The notes beneath the pieces are model-generated. The model searched no databases. It had not been told where the DNA came from and saw nothing but the letters and a program-made list of their open reading frames with translations. Below, one piece after another: positions 54,156 through 64,000 of a stretch of 64,000 nt of DNA. Numbering within the stretch: the stretch's first letter is position 1; each line of letters starts with the position of its first letter. The stretch is from Blepharisma stoltei ATCC 30299. Its lineage: Eukaryota > Protista > Ciliophora. The translations under genes and the position numbers were made by a program. The stretch is taken from contig CBFDEM010000061.1 in NCBI GenBank assembly GCA_965603825.1, positions 186,001-250,000 on the forward strand, read 5' to 3'.

Positions 54156-57100
54156 TTATTTTTCGATTTTTTTATGGCTATCATTCAAAGGTTGAATACT
54201 ATTTCTCATAATCCCTGCTTTGGTCAGCTTATGATGGATAACACCATACAGAGTTCTTGCAAAAATCGCGATTGAAGAAAAAGATTGAATGATCATAACT
54301 CCTATCACAATAGCTACAATGGCGTTTTCAAATGTCGAGGTAATTTCTTGCTCTAAATTAAATAAATAAATTGATGTCGAGCTCATAACTAAGCAAATCA
54401 TAATTTCAGTCAATAAATTGTTTATTTGCAAAACTGGGTCCTCAAAAGGCCAGAAAAAGATCAGATGCAAAATAGTCATTAAGGAAAGAACAATATTTAT
54501 GGTGACTTCAGTTTGCGGATATTCCCTCAAAAATACCAAATTTATTATATAGATGAATCTCCTTATAAAGAACACGAAGTAATACTGTGTTGCAAGGAGG
54601 CCTCTATCAACTCTGAACTCATAAAAGAAGGAACTAAATAACTCTGTGAAGCTCTTTTCTCTTGACTGGATCCGATTTTTATTTTTATAAGAGAACCAGA
54701 AATATCCTGGTGGAGTTATAACTAGTAGTATATAAATTGCTAAGCATATAATAAAATTGATAATTTGTGTGAAATTGTTAAACCCAAAAGTAATTAGGCC
54801 AATACTAGCTGCAGCTCCTAGTTCAAGGTAGCACTGGATTCAAAATCTCAGATAAAATCCAAACTGATAAACTTTTACTGTTTTCATAAACTTTTTACCA
54901 ATTCACCTAAATGAGCATCGTGAAAAAAAGAAAACTACAGGCAGAGCAGTTAATGATGCAACTATTATTGTAAAATCATTGCCTTGCGTTATTAAAATCA
55001 AATCAGTATCAAACCCAAAATCTTGTGCTTGAGAATATGGAGCATTTCCTTCATTTTTATCAATTATATATATAAAAATATTTGGAAATAAATTGAAGGA
55101 ATTCAAATTATTCAAAAACGAGCTCATTTTGGATGACAGTGGAATTCCTGATAAAGTCAAGTAACTCAGAATTTGTAAGCTGTTTATCATACTTCATAAA
55201 GAACTAGGGCTTGGATTTACAATTGATAAGGCAACAGCTCCAGAAATAGCAACTTGAACCCCAGCTGCTGCTTTAGAAGTAATTGCCTCAACTGCCGGAG
55301 AGTATGGAGCTGGATCATAAGAATTAAGTGATATAGAAATATCTGAAGAATTTAAAACGCCGTTTGATATTGATTTTATGTCTGTTAAGTTTGAGAATTC
55401 TAAAGTAGTTAATGTGCCTTTAGATATTTCTTTAGATATAACTAGAGAAATATAATAGCAAGTGCTATTCATCTCCTCAATTTTAAATGAAGCTTCTCCT
55501 TGTTTTTGAATTTTGATAGTAAAGTCATTTGCAGAGAGACTGTTAGCAAGGATATCTGAAAAAATAAGGTAAAGTGAATTATCTGAAAAAGCAGTCAACT
55601 TCGCTGAAAAGGGAACTAATATGCAGTTTTCAGCCCCATTGTAACCTAAATCACAATAGCATAGATCATTTTTAAGGCTGGCATTTTCTACACAAGAATT
55701 GCACTTTGTAGAGGATTCACAATAAGTGCAGAAGCTTGGACATGGATACAATTTCCCATCAGGACCTCTAAATCCGCCTGCTTCCACAGGAATACAAGAA
55801 TTGCTATTAGAAGTGTCAAGCACATAGTTTATATCACAAATACAAGAACTAGGATTGATAGCGTTTTCTATACATTTAGAGCAGCCAGTAGATGAATAAT
55901 CATTGCAAGAATCGCATAATAAATTATCGCAAAGAGAACAAGTAGACCTTCAGTCTCTGCAGGTTTCTTTGCATTTTACGTTGCACTGATAGCATTTATT
56001 ATAGGCTGGTCCAGCTCAATATTCATTTATTTTGCAATTCGGAATGCATTTTTGGTCTGTTGGGCACACACTGCAGCTTTCAGTACAAGAGGTCGTGGAA
56101 AGGCTTGACATAGACTTTAGTGAATTAAATATCTGTATACTATAAAGAAAGCCTTGATAAAAATTATAAGTTGATGATGAACTAAGCTGAGCGCCTATAG
56201 ACATTATTGTGTGAGGACCTTTATCCTGGAAAATCCCATATATTGAGTTTCCGAGCGCGTCAGATAATCCATTTATATAACAAGACAGTTTACTGTAACT
56301 GTTTTGAGTCAATTCTAATGTAAATACTACATGACTCCATTCGTAATTATTGAGAAGTCTATCAGCCATATAAAAAATTTGGAATGAGCTTAAGGTAAAT
56401 GAAATCGAAATTTTGCTGCCCATCAATGAGATGGAGTAAAGCGTTGAATAACTATCAGAAATGTTATGCTTTGATAATAGAGTGCCATATGAAGTCTCAG
56501 TATTTAATCATATAGAAATCGTAAAGGTAGAGGGAATTATAAGTCTTGGTGATGCATAATTTGAATATTCTGGCATCCTTAAAATAGAAGATTTGCCGTT
56601 AAAATAAAATCCTCTTAAGTAAGCAGGTATAGGGTCATCAGGTTCATAATTTGGATAAAATTGGTTAGTTGATCCAGTTATAACAGGAATTGAGTTTACC
56701 TTATCATAAATTACTCCATTCAGAGTATTCAGATCCAAGTCAAAAATTTTTTCTTGAACTAATACACAACTACTTCCAGAAGGTGAATATCCTAACGGGC
56801 AGCTATTTACACAAATTCCTGATACATTATAAAATCCATTAGAGCACGTCAGACAGTCTAACGAAGTTGATGATGCACAAGTTTTACAAGAAACATCACA
56901 AGAGCCACAGTTTTCATTGGTGCTATCCCAAAAGTATCCAGAATTGCATTGGCAACTTGCTCCGCTTAAGCTTGCATGCGTTTTGCAGGTAATGCATACA
57001 CTTGTATAGTCATCACATACTTCACATAGCATATCTTGGCAGAGATTACAACTTTTATCAACTCTTGCACAGCCTTTAGCTAAGCATCCAGATGAGCATG

Positions 57101-60100
57101 TGACACAGCTGTTGCCATTTCAGTATTTATCTATATCACAACTATCCAAGCAAGTATTGGAATTATCTATTGGACATAGAGAGCACCCACTACAAGTGCT
57201 TGATGCTAAACTACTAACTGCTATTAGCGCATTATAAATTTTGAGATCTCAGAGAAATCCACTGAAAAATGACGTTAAGATTGAAGAGCTAATATAGCCT
57301 GCTCCAATAGTCATCAAAAACGAAGCACCTAAATCACTTAGCCAGCTTGGGTCTAGATCGCTGGATGTATCGATCATTCCATTTCTAGATAAACTAATAA
57401 TTTGTTGTGGATTAGTACTTATGCCTGAGCTTGCTGATATGAAATTTCATTGAGAAAGGGCAGCTTCTAATGATGGATTAGTACTTGTAAAAGTTTTTGT
57501 ATTAGAATTTTTTAAAGTTAAAGTAAGTGAAGGGGCTTTGTTTATCAATTCCAAACTAATATGTTTTTTAAAAAGACCACTATCGGCTTGCTTGGAAAAG
57601 ATTACTCCTGTATTTGAAATTGGCTTTATTCATGCTGACATAACAAATTTTGGCGAAAATGTGAGCAATGATGAAGTGGTGCCTGCATAAGGAGGCAGCC
57701 TCATATAAGATGAACCAGAGAAATAATAACCTCTATAAATGGCTGCTATAGGATCAGTTGAATCATAATCAGGATAAAATTTGTTATCTTTGCCTGTTAA
57801 TACCTGAATATTTGACTTCAAATCAGTGATGATGTCTTTTATTTGATGAGGCATCAAGTTAAATACAAAAGAATTTGAATAATTCGGGTCTCTATCGCAG
57901 TTACCACCATTTATAATATACCCAGTAGGACAAAATGGCATGCAGAATGATTGTATTAGATAGTGGCTGGAAATGCATGTGAGGCAGCCATTATAGTTTG
58001 GAGTTGAGCATGCAGAGCACATTGCATCGCAAAGTTCACAGCTCTCAGTATCTGAATCTCATACAGCATTTGCAACACATACACAATGATTACTTACTTT
58101 ATGAGCGTTTGCAATACAACTTGTACATTCTCCTGTAAAAGTCGTGCATGATTGGCATTCTTTATCTCTGCAAAGTCTGCACGTTAAGTCACTAACGCAT
58201 CCTTCGCTGCAGCCAGTCTTGCAAGTATTGCAGCTGTCTGGATACTCATTTACTGCACAGTCGCTTAAACACTGGTGGTTTGAAGGGCAAGTAGAACAGC
58301 CAGATGTGCAAGAAGATGTTGCGTAGTCGTCAGATTTATAACTATGAGAGTTATATATCATTAATCTTCCTAAAAATCCATATAGTCCTGAAGTCCCAAA
58401 AGTTTCATCATTTCCAACATACAGCATTCCTGCATTAGTATCTTTAAAATAAGTGAAAGCTGTTGAAATGATAGAACTTGGAGATGCTCCATTATCAATA
58501 TAAAGTTTTAAAATTGATTTTCCATCATCTTGGATATTGCACGTAAAACTTAAAAAATGCCAGCTTAATGTAATACTTGTGGAGGTAGTTAGAGTTTGGG
58601 TTGATGAGTCAGCAAACACAATTGAAAGCGCTGGAAATCCTGACGAGTTGATCTCAATTTTGAGAATCTCAGTAGTAGTAATATATTTAGTCATCAAAGT
58701 TCCATGATTTAGAGGTTTAGTTCATAGAGAAATAGTGAATGATGGAGCTATCATGACTGTAGAGGATAAATAATCACTCATGTAAAAATAATACCCTCTT
58801 TTATAAGAAGGTATAGGATCATTCAAATCAGTTGATGTTAACCCACTATAAGTATTTGTATTAGAATTCCCTACATTAAAGCCAGAAACGGTATCCAGCC
58901 TAACCTGGTCTGTTAAATCAAGACTAATCCCAAATTTTGACACAAAATCGCAAGTTTTTCCCCCTGTATTTTGTGTATATCCAGATGGGCACTCATCTAA
59001 GCACTGTCCAGTATTAGCAAAGAAATATCCAGAACTGCATGCTGTACATTTATTATAGGTCACAGCCAAGCATAAAGAACACCCACTGAAGCAAGAAGCA
59101 CATGATAAACCATCAGTGGATCTTCCAAACCCAGCATTGCATAGGCAAAGCCCTGACGATAAAGTTACACTGGGATCACATTGAGTGCATTTACTTGAAT
59201 CAAATCCTGTGCAAGTTATGCATAATGAATCGTCACAAATATTACAAGTACTAGCTCGCCTGCATCCATAGGTACAGGAATTGCAAGCAGAGATAGCTCC
59301 ATTTATATATGAAGAAATATCGCAGGCTCATAAACAAGATGCTCCCTGCCCTGATTCACAAAATGTAAAACTGCTGATAATTGCTGGAAATCCTGTAATT
59401 GCAGTATTTCATAGCTGAAAATAATAAATAAAGCCCACAAATCCAGGATTGTTGCTTTTGCCGAGTATTAGAGAGGTCAGTGCCTGGTCTCTGTAAATCA
59501 TTTTTGTTAAACTGCTTGCTGAACTTGAAACTCCATTTATATAAATTGATAGGGCTGTGTTCCCTAGTGAATATTCAAAAGTGACTGATAGATAAGCCCA
59601 CCCAGTAAATGACGAGCTAAGTGTTAATGCCTGAGAAGATGTTGCCTGAGCTGGATCTGTCATTGTAACAGCTATAGAGCCTGTAGAAGTCAGCGTTAAA
59701 AAAGTTTGTTTTTGCAATAAATCACCATTTGTAATTACATATAACCATACTCCGATTGAAAAACTATGAGAAAGATAAACAGTTGTTGAGGATAATAAAT
59801 ACATATTTCCATCAAAATATAAGCCTCGCTTATATGCAGGAATTGGGTCAACACTTTCAGGGCTGTTGGAAAACTGAAAAGTCGCTGCACTTGTCCCTGT
59901 TGTAAAAATTCCATAAGACCCTTGAAAATCTTCATCAAAAGACTGATCAATCACTGTAGTCGTTACTACTGAGCAAGAAGTACTGTAAGGACACTCATCT
60001 AGACACACAGTTCCTGCTAGTTGATAGCCTCCTAGACAAGCTGAGCATTCAAAATATGCTGTTTTTAAGCAAGTCGAGCAAAGAGCATCACAAAGCTCAC

Positions 60101-63100
60101 ATGTTTCACTTGAAGACACTCAGAAAGCATTAGAAGCACAAGTGCAGCCTCCATTCCCATCGCTAACAGCATTTGTAATGCAAGTTAGGCATGAATTAGC
60201 ACCTGTAAACTCAGTGCATGTAGCGCATTCTTTAGTCTTGCAAAGGTTACAAGAATCAGCGTTTCTGCATCCTTTATTGCATGCACTTATGCAACTCGCA
60301 CAAGGAGAGCCATCATAATATTGAGATAATGGGCAATTATCTGGGCAAGTTAAATCTATAGGACATTTTGTGCAGCTGCCTGAGCATCCAACAGTTTGTC
60401 AGTCATCCAATGCATGATTACTCTGGCAGTAAATCTTTAGTTCCCACAAAAACCCAATAAACCCACCACTGTAAAGCCCGATATAAAAGTTTCCTGTCTT
60501 GCTGTCTAACAAATAAAGTGGACTTAAAGATGTAGAAGTAGCTTGAGAAGCAGAATCAATATAAGAACTTATTGTTGTTGTCCCGCCAGAATTAACTTTA
60601 CAGTCAAATGATACAAAAACTCAGCTATTAAGCACATTTGAGGGTCCTATTACTGAAACGGTGCTTGAAGCATCCATTAAGAGAAGTGACAGTTTTGGAT
60701 ACCCTGATGATAAAATTTGAACAAATCACTGGGTTGTTGATACATATTTTGTTATAACCATACCACTTGCTGTAGCCTTTATTCATAGAGATATTGAAAA
60801 ATTTGGAGCAAGCATAAACATTGTAGTTAGATAACTATTGGAATTAAAATAGTAGCCTCTGAGATATGCTGGAACTGGATCATTCGAATCATAAGTAGGA
60901 TAAGCATTAGAAAATGAAGATCCTACTTGCTTTCCTGACAGTTGATCAAGTAGTATTTGATTGCTAAAAGATAAGCTAAGTGCCGTTACTGATGACAAAT
61001 CACAGTTACCTGTGCCTGTATTTTTTGTATATCCTATAGGGCAATCTGGAAGACACATTTTACTGTTATAAAAAAAGGAACTAGAGCTACAGGAGGTGCA
61101 TAAATAATAATATGAGCCTGTGCAATGAGCACATCCTGAATAGCAAGCTGAGCATAAAGCTTGGTTTGCGTCAGGTTGGTAAAATCCAGAATTGCAAGAG
61201 CATGGGGATCCAGAAGCATTAGGAATGCATAAAGTGCAAGCCCCCGACCAAAATGATGAGCATTCAGCACATAAAAAATCATCACAAATATAGCAAGATG
61301 TTCCTCGAGTACAACCATTTGTGCAGGATGAATCTAAGCATGTTTTGCAGACTGATCCATCATAATAATACAAATAATCACATGACCAAAAAGCTGATAC
61401 TGAGCCTCCTGTCAATGTATTGATACTATAATAAGCAGAAAAATCACTGACTGTCACCTGCCAAAGGATAAAGTAAGCTATAAATCCATTGAAATTTGGT
61501 GAGCCTTTGCCGACGTATAGCGTTCCACCGGAAGGTAGTCGGAATATATAATCTGTTACAGTTGTTGGAGTTCCAGCAATCTTGTTAAGACACGGAGTCA
61601 TAGTTGAGGCTTTATTTGCAAACCCAAATGAATAGGAAATATATGTCCATGTATAAGAAGTTAAAGCCTGCGAAACTGAGTAGCTTGTAAGGGAAGATGA
61701 ACCATCCCATTTTTCTAAGTAAAAAGTTGCAGCTCCACTAGAATCAATAATAAGCTTATTTGTACTATGACTAATTATTGTCCCAGATATTGCATAAACC
61801 CAGATCGCCATACTCCAAGTGTTAGACAAATTTATGGATCCGCTCAAAAATTGATTAGAGTCAAAATAAAGCCCTCTATTTTTAGCTGGCTTTGGATCAG
61901 AAGACTCTGGAGAATTCCAATAGTTATAACTCGAAGAACTTGTAGCCGTAATCAAAGCTGTTCCATAACTTCCTGCAAAGGCCCCTGTAAAATCAGCAGT
62001 TAAAACAGCTGTACTAACAGCTGCACAATTTCCAAAACCATACGGGCATGCATATAAGCAAGCATCCCCAACCAAAAAATTTCCAGTACTACACCCTGTA
62101 TTTGTCCAAGTTTGTGAGCAAGCTGTCCCTAAATAGTCACAGCAATTAGGAACTACACCTGTATTACAATTAATGCATGTTAATGGAGGATATCCCTTGC
62201 AAGTAATACAATCAAGGACATTGCAAGTGATACAGTCGGTTCCTCTAATACACCAAGGCCAAGTTTGACAACTTGGGCTGCAGTTTTGGCAAGAAGAGCC
62301 ATCTCAATATTCGTTATCAACACAATTAATAGTAGCAGTCAAAGCAGCAGTGCTCTGAACACAATCTGCTCTTGCTTGAAGCCAATAAATAAACCCTCTG
62401 AAAGAATTTCCACTACCTGTATTTCCAATATTCCATGTATAGGTTAGCTTTGGAACCCTTACTTCAGTATTGCTGAAGTCTGTACTCCCGACATTGCTTC
62501 CATTAATGTAAAAAGAAATATTAACTGTATCGCAGTCGAGCTGATTAATAATCATGGAAGCAGTATGCCATGAAGATGTAAAGCTAGAAGTGGAAACTGC
62601 AGTTCTTGAGGCTTGACTGTTATTTGAATCGTAAACATATATTGTGAATTTATACACACCTGAGGCATCAGCCCATATCCTTATATACGAATCTGGACTA
62701 AAAATAACATTTAAAATTTCCCCATTAGCAAGAGGCTTAATTCATAAATTTAAAGTAAAATAGCACCCAGGAATAAAACCTTTACTATTCGCGATACTTG
62801 AAGTAGTAGCAAAGTAAAAGCCACGGTCAATAGTTGGAAGTGGGGAATTTTGTGTGGGAGAACTATATGAAATGGAGCCTGGGTTTTGGAAAATAGTAGT
62901 TGAATCAGTTGAACTCACTATCTGAGCAGCAGTTAAATCCTTGATGCTTGAAAACTGTAAATCGAAAATAATCGCGCTTGTTCCACTTGGCGGGTAACAT
63001 CAGGCAACAATACCACTTCTCTTAGCATAAGTGAATTGCGAAGGACATACATCAATACCTGTGCATACTTTGCCATCCTGTATCTTTGAATGAAGACAGT

Positions 63101-63185
63101 AAGGAAGCCCAATTATATTTCCACCATCATAAGGACAAGCGAGAGTCAACAAAAATTTGGCGATAAAAATAAGAACAGTTTTCAT
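54156..63185 (-). CDS. Paralogue 7: about 3009-aa receptor with modules A,B,C2,D,E,F,G and the TM domain
   Basis: All fragments from 63000 to 54156 are in one frame. ATG at 63185 (MKTVLIFIAKFLLTLACP), TAA at 54156-54158, length 9030 nt. The 430-aa fragment 60783-62075 has TGG where other copies have TGA (NLSNTW, LEKWDG, YTWTYI). Confidence 0.9.
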
Positions 63186-64000
63186 TATGTTTATAGATTA
63201 TGTTAATTTGAAACATTTCAATTTATAAGGAAAGTTTAATTTATTTGCTTGCAAACAATCAATAAAAGCTTCTACTAGTTTACTATAAATCCCACTTAAG
63301 AGTATTTGCTAGTTGCCGGCAGAGATTTAGCATATGAAAGCTAAAATACACTATTGCCATATTCTGCCGGGTGTTGGAAAGCATCCAATTATGTGCAAAA
63401 TTTAATATAAAAAATCATTGTAATTTATATTTAGTCTAATTGAAGCTTAATTTTTAATCTATTTGACTTACGAGCTAAGCTAATATGGCATCAATATGTT
63501 GGGTTAGTTAGTTAGCTTAATCAGAGTACCAAATGTAATCAACTTGACTTTTCAAATTATTTTATCAGTAGCAATAGTCGCACTTGATATTCTTGCTAAT
63601 CAAATAAGTTGGCAACTAAATTCAACTTACATTATAAAATGGATAATAAAGAAAATTTTAAATACTTAAGTAGTTATAGATAATTGCAGCTTTAAATCAA
63701 AATTTGCTTTAACTTTATCCAGAAAATAGACTTTAAACGTCCTCTAATAATTACTTTAGAATTAAATTCTTCTTCTTTTCCAGCTTTATTTAATTTCTCA
63801 AAATTTTAGAAATCTTGAGGATTTAGATGAATGTACAATAATATAATTTAAATAAAAATCGTGAAATCAATTGATAATTCCACATATCATCATACTCAAA
63901 TTATTTCAATTAATTATGTGGAAATGGGTAAAATAGCAGTGTTTTAATACAAAAAGAGTGCTATTTTAGGTAATATTAATCAAGCTAAATTTACAAAATT

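Larger units (their letters stand above)
1..63185 (-). repeat. Head-to-tail tandem array of at least 7 paralogous giant receptor genes
   Basis: All genes are on the same strand with the same architecture and recurring motifs. Stops fall at 5851, 15687, 25978, 34599, 44116 and 54156. AT-rich spacers are 0.4-1.9 kb long. Confidence 0.95.

Noticed and set aside
2065-61318. Alternate-frame minus-strand ORFs such as the MAVLEE(P/H)L set (21881, 41369, 50925, 61034) and 2290/11700
   Set aside because: They are off-frame overlaps within the main CDS with no independent features, and their conservation follows the main frame.
792-62447. Plus-strand ORFs, some recurring between copies (e.g. 792..1067/10202..10477, 2343..2591/11753..12001, 4359..4646/13769..14059)
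   Set aside because: These are antisense shadows of Cys/Ser/Thr-rich coding DNA (rich in Q, L, H, V). They recur only because the sense genes are duplicated.
241-63185. Treating the track ORFs as many separate small genes or a field of pseudogenes
   Set aside because: The fragments are co-framed and separated only by TGA at Trp positions. Many of their 'starts' are internal TTG, GTG or ATG codons.
1-63185. UGA as Cys (Euplotes), selenocysteine, or Gly (SR1/Gracilibacteria)
   Set aside because: TGA interchanges with TGG in aligned paralogues and sits in W-type motifs. I saw none replacing a Cys in a CxxC motif, and only isolated cases align to Ser or Gly.
1-64000. Mycoplasma, mitochondrial or phage origin (also UGA=Trp)
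   Set aside because: The proteins are disulfide-rich secretory-pathway type with eukaryotic furin-like repeats. There are long AT-rich spacers and no operon structure, RBS pattern or prokaryotic/organellar genes.
1-64000. Giardia-like VSPs or ciliate immobilisation antigens
   Set aside because: They share CxxC richness, but those proteins have a single TM helix (CRGKA tail) or a GPI anchor and lack interspersed LamG domains. These proteins end in a multi-pass domain.
1-64000. tRNA/rRNA genes, CRISPR arrays, telomeric repeats, transposases, retained IESs
   Set aside because: None was recognised by eye. Coding frames show no non-homologous insertions and the spacers show no regular repeat-spacer structure.

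Overview
This AT-rich window is eukaryotic, not prokaryotic. The roughly 130 short ORFs in the supplied track are mostly an artefact of translating with the wrong genetic code. With UGA=Trp and UAA/UAG as stops (translation table 4 pattern), the minus-strand fragments merge into seven head-to-tail, apparently intronless giant paralogues of about 2,600-3,000 aa, spaced every 9.4-10.3 kb. Each has a signal peptide, then 6-7 modules of about 350 aa (a DPxPxxxRG[YLF]YF motif, a LamG/concanavalin-A-like beta-sandwich and furin-like CxxC repeats), a short stalk, and a C-terminal domain of about 8 TM helices resembling the TRP/FLC-Pkd2-type membrane domain (PF06011-like). The code, composition and protein type fit a heterotrich ciliate such as Blepharisma (inference). 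The array looks like a diversifying surface-receptor repertoire. It shows in-frame whole-module deletions, chimeric module orders, patchwork near-identity between different gene pairs, a hypervariable lectin-like domain and one copy with a 1-bp frameshift. Domain names come from motif recognition by eye, not from HMM searches. Module letters A-G are my own labels, in N-to-C order.
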